A DNA stretch of 64,000 nt, from positions 62,001-126,000 of the forward strand of contig JYFJ02000422.1 of assembly GCA_000934665.2 (NCBI GenBank), read 5' to 3'. Made by a program: the position numbers and the translations under genes. This DNA is from Catajapyx aquilonaris (taxonomy: Eukaryota). Shown here piece after piece: positions 48,501 through 61,400 of this stretch (its first letter is position 1; the number at the start of each line of letters is the position of its first letter). The notes below the pieces were generated by a model, which saw only the letters and a program-made list of their open reading frames with translations, ran no database searches and had not been told where the DNA came from.

Positions 48501-51500
48501 GGGACTCCAATTAGGGCAGAGTCTAAATGTGTGGAATGGGCATGTAACGCACCATGCATATTTATGCCACCAGAAAATCATTGGACACTGTTTACCACCT
48601 GAGGTCCAGTGTACTTCGTCACAGACCGTCGATTCTCACACCTTTGTGTCTTAGTCTCAGTTATATTAACGTGGAGCTTCAGGATGCGTATTATTCGTGT
48701 GTACAGCTTACATACATGTGGTTCAAGTGCTAGTCGTAGCATGTCTATTCTGGAGCAGTAAACAAGTCTTTAAAATGCACACTAAAACTTGTGAACGATA
48801 TAATAACGCAAAAAAATGGGCTGTGTTTGTTATGCAGATTTATAATTTTATTCTAATTTCGTAATTGGATAATTTGCAATGGAGCATACAGTATATAGAT
48901 TGTGGTATACGAGACAGAACAATTCAGTTGCAGGTACATTTGCAATATACCATATCAATTTGGCACTGATAATTTCAAAACGCAGATGCGACAGCTATGG
49001 CGTTATAAATTCCAGCGCTGTAATTACATCCGTTTAGTATACCGCAGTTCTAAATATTTTTGACAAGCTATGTCGGTGGAGAATAAATTCATTAATATGC
49101 GTATTAATTAAAGCATAATTAAATTGGACTCGAAATCAATACACTACGGGGTAATTAATGGTGCTAGTTATTAATATGATTCGTCAAACACTCCAGTAGG
49201 TCCGTGTGATGCATTACATATTGTTGCCCTATACGAGCTACAACATTAAAAAATTTGCAGGTACTGTACACAGAAAAAATCGGCAACTTTGGAAACTTTC
49301 CCTCTGACATTTACTCGAGATACCTGGAAAATGTCCCACGTGTGCCTTTTGAAAAAGAGGCCTCCAGGTCATAGGTGAACCCAGCACAATTCAGCCAGCA
49401 TTGACGGTGTCCGCCATGTAATCTCCTCTCGTTTTCCCTGGTCCCCACACTCTTCTGTTGTGCTTTGTCAGTATCTTATAAACGTGTGTATTGTGGGCAT
49501 TTCCTCTCCTGCCGAGTCTCATGCCCAGGTGAATCCTGGGGGAACAGCAGCAGTGGGAAGTTCACAGGGCGCATCGTTGGGTGATGCAACTCACTGTTTT
49601 GCTTCTCAAGCAAAATTGTGGCACTGGGTCTGACCCACAAGGGTCACGATATAAGGGCGTGGAAGAATATTATTTTATCGCGGGGCGCTCCCTTATGTAA
49701 CCGAGCACGTGTAATGTACTTATCCAGAAGTAAGGAGCAGGGTATAGATGAGTATATTACAAGTCTATTACTGATTAACCAATACTATACAGCTAAATAA
49801 ATTTTACGCTCATATGACGAATGATATGTCATATGAGAGTAAAATTTATTTAGTTGTTTGGTATTGGTTAATAATAATTTACGTCTTTGTTGAAGGAATA
49901 ATAACATTTCTGATTCATTGGGACTAATAGTATTTTTATGTCCACCTACGTGCAATTTAGACCCATCATTGCTATATTGCAGAGACAATTCGTATAACGT
50001 GTTGACATGGCAATTTTCACTCAGTGACGTGGTTGCACTTAAATACCTATACGTAATTAAAATTACTTCCAACAAAGAAAAAGTTACCTTGACAGTGGCC
50101 AGACGATAATTTCTTACTCAGTTTCTTTACTGACGCAGATGAATTTTCATCATTAGGTTTCGCCTTTTAATTAGTTGTTTGGCAATATGTATGCAGTTGT
50201 GCACCCTTCGCGGTGGAAGCAAGCAATATGGGGCACTTTTCTCCTCTCCAGAGGATAACAATATATCATTAAACCCAAGGACGTTCATATGAAAAAGAAG
50301 TCGAAAAGGGCAAAACGGGAGATCTGATTCAGCTGAGCAAAATCACGATCGCTATCACGCTATTTTACAGATTGCATGTCAAGGCAAGGTCAAGGTCGCA
50401 TGATTTGAGAAGTATTTTTTTATATATTTCGATACAAGATGACCCTTGTGCAGTATGCGTTAATAATATCGACTGCTTTGTTCCTAATCAATGAATTCAT
50501 TTAATTATACGATCATGCTGTCAAATCTGCAAGAACTAATTTATCGTCCTGCGAATGTTGGAGCAAAAATCAGGGAATGAGGGAGGGGGCTTTCCCTTTC
50601 TAAATCCGTGTAAAAGATATCCTTTGGAATGGTGAGAAAGGAAGAACATCGCGTGTTAGACTTTACCTCCCACACCCCATCCTTCCTCCCCCATATTTTT
50701 TAAAATATATATACCCTACTTACGTTGCCACCTAAAAAAGATTACGCTCAGATCAAGCAACCCATTGATGAAAAAAGTTCTAGTGCATGGTAAAGTTTTT
50801 TTCCGTTTTTGATAAGGAGTAAATGTCGAATGTGTATAATATGTAAAATTCAATAATTCAATTCAATTTATTCGTTCATTCGTTCAATTCGCCATTACTT
50901 TAATTTAAATTATCATATAAATTAAGAGCAACTGTGCATCATTTGCAGTTTTTGTGGCTTTGACTGGGATTTGAAACTTGGGCAATAAAAGGAATCATGT
51001 TATGTAAAACACCATGAATAGGAAAAATACCTGTGGATGTAGTGCAGCTGTCATTTTTTCAGTAAGAACTATTTTTTCGCTTTTTATTGAAATTGTCTAG
51101 GCACGAAGGGTTTTGTATCACAACGCCTTTACCTAATTTCTTCAGTCATGTTTTTTTTGCATTATTTGACGCATTAGTTTAATTGCCTTAAGTAAATTAC
51201 TATAGCCCTTCAAGACTGACATGCCCTACGTATATCCTGACATATACGCAACCACATTCACAGCCACGCAACACTCACATGCTCAGTTTATTCACACTAT
51301 CGCTATTAATTGCAGGAAATGTTCCTCGGACAAAAAGTGGACAATGATTTTTTTTCTCTCTCTCTCCAAGCCTACACATCGTGTGTTTGTAATGCAGGAA
51401 ACGTCATTGAATTTATATGTGCAAAAAAGAGACGAAGACCTCGCAGATCATGAATGAACTATATACTATAGGGCGAGAAAAAAAAGGAGAGTGGGACATA

Positions 51501-52059
51501 ATGTATCACACTTCCTGTTTGGCATCGCATTATAATGACCTTGAGACAAAAGCCGCCCCCAACGTGGCCTCCATATAGTTTAGGGCTTATCTGCACCTTA
51601 ACTCCGATTCGTATAATAATATTCAAGTATACTGCTGGTGGGCCTAATGGTAATGCTCCGGGGGAACATGTCAGCCAATCAACCTTCGGTAAGTTAATTT
51701 TCATAGTGTTCAAAAAAATACATGCATTCTCGCCTTTTTTTTTGTCCGTTTGTGGCTTTTTCATAATGACCACATTCTCACGGGAAGACATACTTGATTC
51801 AACCCGACTTGATCTCCTTGACAGACTGAATGCCTTCCGTTTCCGATTGAAAGGCTTTTATAATGCCTCCGGAGTAATGCAGAACTGGCACATGCATGTC
51901 TAATGAAGCGTCATTGTTGTTAGTGTTTCTAAGTGGGTCAAATAAATAATAAATAGACAGTTACCTCCGGCTATATTTGTGATAATTGCAACCAATGCAT
52001 TTAAAGGGTAAAAATAGTATATTTTAAAAAGCTTGTTTATCTGTCAGACTTGCGTGGCA

Positions 52060-52127
<68 letters not shown>

Positions 52128-52168
52128 AATCATAATCATAATAATCATCGTCATCGTCATCGTCATCA
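52060..52168. repeat. Compound microsatellite (ATG)22 followed by ATA/ATC/GTC degenerate triplets
   Basis: Perfect ATG repeats at 52060-52125, then ATAATCATAATCATAATAATCATCGTCATCGTCATCGTCATCA. This explains the poly-M, poly-H and poly-I ORFs in the track. Confidence 0.97.
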
Positions 52169-54086
52169 CAAATCCTATTTTTAGGGTGCCAGTACCACAA
52201 AAGTTTTTTTTTGGTACGGCCGATTTTTGTCTCAAATAAGCAGGCTCTAAGATGAACCTTTTCTTTGATCATGGTTCCTTCATGTCTAATAAATCCGAGT
52301 GCACTGTGTGTGTCCAGCTGTAGTATCCAGGCACAGGAAGGAGCACGTACCGGTACTGAAGAAGACAGCTAAAGTGTCTGAAAAAAAATGCCACACATTG
52401 GTGTGGGATGTACCAGTTTCAGGACTTGTTCTTAATTTTATTTAACTTATTTGACCTTTATTATAAGCAATAAAATTTTGAAATATTAATGAACAAATGT
52501 TTTTACGCTATCTATACAGGGTTCGGACATTTAACCTACCGTCGCTTTGGGAAATGATAGGGGGTTCTAGGCGATCACTTTGAGTACATGCAACATGGGT
52601 CACCGACGCATAGCTACCGAGATAATTAGCATTAAATAAAAAGTGCATTATCCTATTATATAGGTTTCAGATACTGGCTTACGATCCTTCCATTCCCTAG
52701 GCCAATCCCTGCTACATCTGAAAGGATCGTAAATTTAAATTAAATTACATGGTAACACCTTAAATTTAAATGAAAAAAGTAAGGTCGCTTGGAGGGATGG
52801 CTTGGAGGGATGGCTGCCAGGGTATTTTATACATTGTGTTTGAAGCACATTATTTCGGTAACTATGCGTCGGAGGCCCATGTTACATATACTACTCACAC
52901 CTCTATCATTCCTCGAAGCGACGGTAGGTTAAATTCCCGAGCCCTGTATTTGGTCATTATTCTCGGCCTTCATCTCTCCATATTAAGTGGGGCATATCTC
53001 CCTAAATAACCCTAAACTACTGCAATTGAACTATGTGAGACTGCTATTATAACACTGTTTTGGTGTTGTTTTTGTTGTTGAAATGGGATTGCCCTCGGTG
53101 AGTTACTTGGCAGGAGGTATTGCATAAGCTGAGCTATGGATCTTGCGGTAAAAATGGTCCCATGTCGAGTTCAACAAGAACCAAATGAAGATTGGGTCTT
53201 TCAGGCCCTTAAGAGAGATAAAAATTAGTCCTTTTGTGACTTCCGAAAATTTAATAATAATGATATTGTGCTAGTGGATGATTCCAAATGATGAAAAATA
53301 TGTAGGCTAATTTGTAAGGGCCACTCAAGGCCAACAAAAAGAGCTTCCGGAGAACTTAGAATGTAGGTAGAGGTTGTACTGTACGTAGAGATATTTTGGG
53401 TTTTGGGAATCCACACTGCACTTAATTCATTGTATATTATTATCGCGTGATATCTAAGAGTCTCGCGCTTATCATTCCCTTCCTGCCTGCAACTTTATTA
53501 GGTGTGTTATATAACAATATGGGCTGCGAAGTGTAATTAGCATCATGTTAATTGCGCTGATGGAGCTAAAGGTAAGGAGGAAAATGCACAGTAATGAGAA
53601 GAAGTTTAGTAATCGACAATGAAAGTATTTCGGGAACTATTTTCAGATAACAATCCTATATCGATGATTGTAATGGCACATTAAAGACGTCATGTAACTC
53701 AACAGGTGCCCCTTGATTATATGCACTTACAAAAAAAAACTTGCCTTATGCGGATGTGTTTCACTCCTGTATAAGTTCTGCCCTTCCAGGGCACTTCCCG
53801 GGCTGCTACTAACTCAAGCTTGCTGCGTCTCATCAGTGCAATATGTCTTACTTTTTATACATATGGATATGTCGCATGCAATACCCCAGACGTTCGAAGT
53901 TCACCTACATGATTATATAGACTTCTCATGTTTGTGACAAAAATGTTCTTAACTTTGCCTCCGCTTTTTTTTTGCATGCGAAGCTTGAAACAGATACAAT
54001 ACGCGACATCAAAATAGCAGCCATATTAAGTTATTGCATACCTGTCAGGTGTAGCTAATATATCCAAGAGACTATTAGCCTGCTGA

Positions 54087-54109
54087 TTCCTCCCATTTTC
54101 AAAATCCAT
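54087..54109 (+). mobile_element. Short relic matching the V-type SINE at 24507-24764
   Basis: TTCCTCCCATTTTCAAAATCCAT matches the SINE minus strand TTCCTCCCACTATCAAAATCCAT at 21/23 positions. The flanks do not visibly align. Confidence 0.35.
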
Positions 54110-55679
54110 GAACTGTAGTGATTTAATACAGTGTTTCGGATAAAAAAATCTTTCGTAAGCCGCTGCAGGCCTATCAATATGGAATATCCTACAATATTAA
54201 AGATGATTATGATCATACTAAACCCCCATTAGTGAGACACCGTTGAATTAACCCACAGACCAGTCTGAATTTTGTCGAGCGCAAGATCTACTGACTCGTG
54301 CATATACAATGCCGACGTGTCGAAATATACGCACCTATGCAATAAAGTGACCTTCATGTCACCATGACGGTGATAATAATTATTTTGTTCTTGCTAATTC
54401 ATGACTCGATTGAGATCTAGTTGAAATGTAGGGCCGTAAGTTGGCAAAAACGTGAGAATCCAAGGGGAATGATCTGGAAGAGTTCGCGTGTGAGCAGTTA
54501 TATAATCCCCTTTTTTTTGGCGTATACGGTGTTGGAAGGTGTGGGTTGAAAGTGGGAGGGAATGGCGAGGGATATAACTACGTCACAACTTAACTTTTGC
54601 CGCCTTCTTTTTTCGTTTCCCTAATTGAGACTGCAAAAGTCGTCACGGTCCCAACCAAAAGTGGGAAAGAGGGTGCCGCCGAAGCGTCTGCCAGAAAGAG
54701 TATACCAGACAAACAGGGGCCTCTGACACTTAGGTCGGTATTTACGGTGTTTTGTCGTAGGACATTCACTCCTGCACGCGAGAGCAACGCCATTTTGTTT
54801 TGCGTCGCTTGCTAATCTCAGGTTCGGTTGCTATGGCGCACCTGTCATAAGCAGAATATGTGTCTAGAGGAGAATGGAATGCTGCGTCTCAAATATGGCG
54901 CCAATGTCTGGTACATTGTCAGCTATATACGTTACTCGTCTTTCTGGTCAATGTCATCGACGGAAGCTTCGGATATTACGAGTTAGCACGGCTAGAATAT
55001 AATTTTATATTAATTTTGTATTCGTGTCAATTTTGATGCCATGAAAATCCTGACGATGAAATAATACTATTAGAAAGCAGCAATTTTCTGGGCCAAGAAA
55101 CATGGAACATTGTCATGGGAGTGTATTAGGCCTATATAGTGCAGGAGGGACATAGAAAATGCTACCTGGCTTTGGTAAAAATGAATGATTCTGACTGAAC
55201 TTCCTACGCAGGTCATTCCCAACAAATCACACAAGCTACTCCCAAACAGTAAAATCAACATTAAAATTTGTAAATGGCGCTTTTGCTAAGGATTTACTTG
55301 AACATATCCTGATCCAAAGAGCTTATTAAGCAATCGTGCATGAATAGTGTGATATCATTGAATGACGGCAAGTAGCAAGATATTAGGGCGTATTTGTTCG
55401 GTGTGTCTATTGACATGTACTGCTGTACCTGTCTTCCTGTATAAAATATGACAGTTGCTACATTACGTGCTGATCAATATGATTACGTCAATGCGTGGGT
55501 GAAACAACAAAGATGATTTTTTCATTTTCCGATAATCGTAACAAAAACAACTTGATATCTTCTATCAGATCATTTCGGCACCTATTTTCCAAGTATTTGG
55601 AGATAGAGGCGACACAGAGCTCCGCGTGCTTGTTGAGACAGGCATATAGGAAATCTGGCGGCAGCGCTGATTACATGAT

Positions 55680-55880
55680 GTTTACTGATTGATTCCAGCA
55701 CAAGCGTCGACCATATTCTTACGCTGATAACAATCAACTGCACTCGCACTTGTGAATGGGAGGCGCCGTCAGGTATACATCAGTACATTACCAAAATGTT
55801 GATACCGAGAATCAACTGTGTTATCATTCGTAATTGAAGTGCGTCAGAAATGAGGGGAAAAACAGACAACTTGTATACCA
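55680..55880 (+). pseudogene. Possible highly decayed LINE (L2/CR1-like) reverse-transcriptase relic
   Basis: The frame from 55711 reads PYSYADNNQLHS, similar to the RT motif YADDTQLY. In the same frame, 43 codons after the YAD tyrosine, is NEGK (TD after a 1-nt shift), similar to LNxxKTE. The region is interrupted by stops. This is motif resemblance only. Confidence 0.25.
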
Positions 55881-56149
55881 CGAAGTTTTACGAGCACAAT
55901 AAATGTCGTGTGGTATCTGTCACCTCTTACACACCAATCAATTTATTAGAGGCTTAACATAACAGGACGTCTACAATGTTGACAGTAATTGCGACAATGA
56001 TGTTGGGGAGAAGAGGGTTCTAATTTAGTTATGCGTCAGTCCGCAAGTTTATTTCTATTCGGACTCCAGGAGGTCACGTGAAGACAATACTCTCTCGACA
56101 AGAATGGCATAAGTACAGGTGCCGGTTGCTTTCATGTTCTTTTCCACAG

Positions 56150-56819
56150 ACGTGGCCAATTGCAATTTGCAGGCCCTTGTCTCTTTTGCATCTAGCTGGC
56201 TTTTCTCCCAAAGGACCTGCCAAAGGAAGCACCCTCTCTGCTGGGTTAAGATAACCAGCAAGGGGTTACTTGCCTATAGGGGCAAACAACCTGCATACTT
56301 CACTGGGATGTGGATTTAATTGCACAAGATTGCTCGATGTGATTGGTCACCAACTCACCATCAAAGTTCAGGTAGCATCAGTTTTTCGACGGTCCATTTC
56401 ACGACATTTCACATTAACGCCATTTTCAAATTATAAAATGAAAATGTAAAAAAAAACCGCCAATGACAAAAAATCAAGACATTATATCACAACTCTCCCA
56501 ACACAGAATAAGAGGAGGTTCTCTTATTTTATTGGTGCATTGTGGCACGGTCTGCACGTATATTGAGGTTTTGGTATGCCAGGTGAGTATATCAAATGAT
56601 TCGAAGAAACATATATGCAACTTGCTCCTACAGTTCGGCGTTACTTGATGACCATGTTATTTCAATAGAGATGTCCGTTTTCTTCAAATCTGGACATACA
56701 AAACTACATAGATGATAATGATGAGAGCATTTTGCGAAGTATGGCATACTGTATAGGCATCTTGTTCTTCTGCAGGTCTGTCAATTTTTTAGTAGCAGGA
56801 TCAAATAAATGATCTGAAG
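56150..56819 (+). other. Candidate chain of short non-coding exons
   Basis: Acceptors TTCATGTTCTTTTCCACAG (56149), CTCTCCCAACACAG (56506) and TCTTGTTCTTCTGCAG (56775); donors CAG|GTGAGT (56583) and AAG|GTAAAG (56820). Confidence 0.25.
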
Positions 56820-58394
56820 GTAAAGGTGTATATGAAGATTTTTGCCATTATAATGAAGGCCAAGTTAGTTTATGGAAATTAAGTAAATAGACAGCAATAC
56901 AGTGAAACTTATTGTGTATAGCGGAATCTTTCCTTTCCGTGAAAGTTGTGTGTGTGTGTAACAGGCAAGATTCCGCTACAACAAATAATGCTAGATTAGT
57001 AAAATAATTTAATCGTATTAAAATGTTACCGGATTGGTGCCCCCAAGTCCACACTCATATTTATAACGCCGAAATTACTGAACATTACTAAAGTCATAAT
57101 AAATTATGATATTTTGTCTAGCTTTCGACCGCCTCAGGCCATGAATAGTGTTTCTGGTGCAGTTTTCAGTAGTGCTGTTTTCAAAAATAATGACAGTAAG
57201 TACTCGTGTTTATATTATTGTTTGACAAATAGACATGTATAAAATTACATTTAATTTATAAGTCCATTCGCGATTTCGCTGCCCAAGGGGTTATATTTTT
57301 TGTCGTACGTTGCTCTGTACGGAATTTCTGGTGTGAGGACCTTGCTTATTTCCGCAAGTTCCATCACTGCATTCTTATTCATACATGCACTGTACTGTAC
57401 AGTACAATGCGGGAATGTTTCCAGCCAAATTTTTAGAGCACCAGGTGCCTGTCTATTCTATATACATTGTACAGTAATTCTCTCTACATTTTGCATTTCA
57501 CACATTTCATAACACAGTAGGTGCACTGATAAAATCATTTTGAAAATATGTGAGGATGATACATAACACAACAAGGCTCCATAATCCAAGTTGTCTCAGC
57601 AGACGTAACGTGTCAACTCGACGGGTTTATACTGGCACCACTCGAAAGGTATTGCCACAACAATGAAGAATGCAACGTGTGCTCAAGTCGACACGTAAGA
57701 AGGACGAGGACATAATGCGCGATCTAAGAGAACGGAATGTTGTGCACGATTAACTGGCAGAATAACTCATTTTACACTTAACTACATACTGTATTTTGTA
57801 CTTGCACGACATTTTGAATGTAAAAAATAGAGGCCAAATAATATACGTAAATAAGTAAATGTACTTGCAACACTCCTAAAGCAATAAAAATAGTAAGCTA
57901 TTTATTCCAGTGTTATGATCTGATCGTGGCATATAATAATAATAATAATACGTTCAAGATATGCAGCATTGATGAGGATATTCATCAGATATCACGGTCA
58001 CGACGTAAGTTCGGGGTAGTCCCGAATGTCATAAAAAGCACCATATCTGTAAGTATCGTATAACAAGCACCTTCCAAGGATGTTGGTTGCAAAAGAGAGT
58101 GAACTCAAAAAAATTTGGGAAAAAATAATGCCGAGATGGTTGTTTCTCAATATTATGGGCAGTGACGTCCACATATGACTTGCCGATACTGATGATGTAC
58201 ACGGAATAAGTGACGATTAGAACTTGACTCTCATGCAAGTCTTCCGACCTTCATATGTACAAGGCCTAAGTCAACGAACTTGCTATTCGGTTAATTGGTC
58301 TAATCATTAGTGCGAAACTCAGGTATTGCCTCAAACTCAGCAGTTGCAACCATTATGCAAGCCTTTATATGAGCTTTATAATATATTATTCGTC

Positions 58395-58457
58395 ACTATA
58401 TGCTACAACAAATTCCTACAATAATTTCATATGTACGAATTTGTTGTAGCATATAGT
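58395..58457. repeat. Near-perfect hairpin / inverted repeat (21-bp perfect arms plus 4 bp, 11-nt loop)
   Basis: ACTATATGCTACAACAAATTC (58395-58415) is the exact reverse complement of GAATTTGTTGTAGCATATAGT (58437-58457). After a C/C mismatch, TACA pairs with TGTA. Confidence 0.9.
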
Positions 58458-61400
58458 AAAGCAGAATATGCGATGAATATGGTAATATTACCCGTACGTC
58501 AGAGAAACGCAGATATCATAGCGTCTGGCATCTGCTGAGACAGCTACTGGCATCATAAGTGACGACTATTATATTCATGCAAGCGTCTAGTGACGAAACC
58601 CTCCTTAATATTAAATGGACCGCATTATATCTGAAAAAGGCTGTCTGTTCCAAACAGACTGAATAATTATTGTCGGGAGACAATCCATATGCACCTAAGC
58701 TTGCCTTATAAAGGTCGGTAACCAAAGGTGAAAGAGCTTGCCCACGACCAACGACCTCCTGGAGGCAGAGGCCTCATCTTCTGGTCGCCTTTTGGGTGAC
58801 GGACTGCCTTTTTCCCAGCATATTTATTTCTGGTGACAAAGAGTCTGCGGACGCTGACCCTCAACTCGCTAGTCGCTTTTCACCTCCTTCCTTTGACAGG
58901 GATTGCCGCCAAGTGAAGTCAGATGGGGCACGCCCACAGATCAGTGGAATAAAAGACACAAGTCCAAAATAAGCTTCCCTTGACACGGTCGCGGAAACGC
59001 GCTGCTGACTTCTTGGCTCCGGCTCCTGGAGTCAGGCCCGTCCTGCCATTTGCCCAAACTTTGTTTCCTGGAAGATGGGCCACGAGTTTGTTCATTAACT
59101 CGAGTAATTTGGCGATATGCGACGCACGTTGTATCTAGTTATTTTGTATCTCAATTGCTGCACTTCTAGATAGTGTCACTGGTAGGCAGCACCGTGCAGG
59201 TACTATCGTAATGGATAGTTCCGGTAAAGCCTGCTCAACCCGAACTTCCTGATTGTTGTACTGTGTTCACAACCGCGGTTACATTACTTGGTAGGGCATG
59301 TAACGACCATGTAACTAATATAGCTGCCAAGTGGAAAGAGCGGGTAGTTTGACTGGGTAGTTGAAGAGGTTTTTAATATATGCATGAAAATCGTTGGAGC
59401 GAAAGAAATGTTATTTTCGTAGGCGTACGGGTCGTATATCTGGACGCTTCTAGGAGGTCTTTGGCAGGATGAGAAAGGTCCAGGAATAGCAAGAAAGGGT
59501 TGGCAAGTCGTCCCTTCAGTCAACGTTCGTCAGGTCGACGAAAGTCTCATTTACTTTTTGGCTTGCTGATGGAGGTGGATGTCTTATTGGCCTTGAGCTT
59601 CTCCTGAGGGCTCATTGGACTCGTACCTGTCGCATATTGACCGACACGAGGGTGCAATGCACAGGGTGAGTCGGAAGTCTGCCAGCCTTTTTAATAGGCT
59701 ACCTGTCCTCCCTCCTCGTATTTTTAGAGCCTGCTAATTCATGCGTCTTTTGAGAAGGAATGCGCCTCTGGTAATTGCTGAGTCTCATTTACCGTATATA
59801 TAATATTTGCCAAAAATTATGTAGGGGTGGCTGGACATCATTTTCCACCCTGTTACAGACAGTGTGATGAGACCTCATATATTGGGGTTAATAAATTGAG
59901 ATCATCTCTCATATTTTTATTGTGTGTATGTCTACAGTATAGTAGGTTAAATATAAGCACGAAATGGCATTAACAAGAAACTAGGACATACTGTAAATGC
60001 GATTTAAATCATAACTCGTGAATACTATTGTGTCCTGTAATATGTTATTTAATTTTAGAGTGGTCATTAGATCATCATCTCTTGCATAAGACACTAGGGG
60101 AGATAACCTCTCAACTTTATAAGGAAACGAGGTGTAAAAATGCAGTTGTAAGCATATCCCAATCAGTGTTTAGTCACATGAAAGTCCTTTTGAATGTCAC
60201 GAGATAGCCAATATTTGGTTGCCGGGTGAGATAGGCTGCAGTTAGATTTAATAATCCGGCTGGTTTATACTTAGTTGAGTTTTTGCCTTCAAGTATATAG
60301 AACCTGTACGTACCACTTTGTTGTTGCCGCGGTTATGTTCCATATTAAGAACCAATCACATCATCTGGCTGAACTTTGCCTAGATATGATATTGTTGCAA
60401 TGAGCCAATCAGTGATCCATAAGTTCACCTTTGCTCTGCTCAATTTTTTCCCCTTCTTTAGCCCCATGCTAAACCCGGATACCGCATATACAGTTATACA
60501 GCTGTTCAGGAAGGTCAGTTACACTCGTACGTCTGGAAATTGACCTTGGTCATGGTCACGGGCACAGTAGCGAGGAGGCACGTCATGTTCAATAAGTCTC
60601 ATCTGCACTAATCTGCTTCTATCTCACCGCAAACAGCATGCACTCTGCGTGCGTATTTTTAAATATAAAAATTATCTCGGTGCATACACTTGATAGTACG
60701 TCGTATTACTATAAGTTTCGTAACATCCAAAACATGGTTTCAAGTGTTCATTGATAAAATTGTCGTGTGTTTATTTATTAAGGCGCAGTAGCAATAATAC
60801 GGTTAGAACGTAATTCGTATGGAATTTAATTTTTATGTGGCGAAACGCATCTTCAATCCGGAAAAACACTAACACTAAGTAGGTGCTTTGCGCAAAGGTT
60901 TGGCCTTTACAATGATACCATACTCGACATGATTGAATTAAAATTGTGGACGCTTGTCCGATTTTTTTCGCGATTTATTCGCCATGGACTTTTCGGAAAT
61001 TCGTTTTCCTATCACTTCAACTAGTCGTAAAGGTCACTTCTAGGCCGGAAACAGAATAAAGACGAAGTAGGTGCCCTGCTCCAGATCGTCTACAATTTTT
61101 TGGTGCAATTTCTGTCTCAATTGAACCATTTTTGAGGCCATACGTTTGCAGAAACGTTGACATGTCGAATCCTCCTCTGCTGCATACACAAGTTTGTTGG
61201 GGTCGTCGCCAGGGTCGCTAATTGTTGCGGGAGAGATATGAAGCTAGATATGCGAGTTTATAAGGTTCGAATGTATGGCGCTAAGGTGGGAAGGAGGCTT
61301 GGCAACGGGACGGGAATTGTTTGAGAGGTGGCAACAATTGCTTTCTATTGTTGCCCTATACAATCAATAGGCTCACTTCGACAGCTATAGCTGCAGAGCC

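Noticed and set aside
52024..52272. Poly-His, poly-Met and poly-Ile ORFs
   Set aside because: These are translations of the (ATG)n microsatellite.
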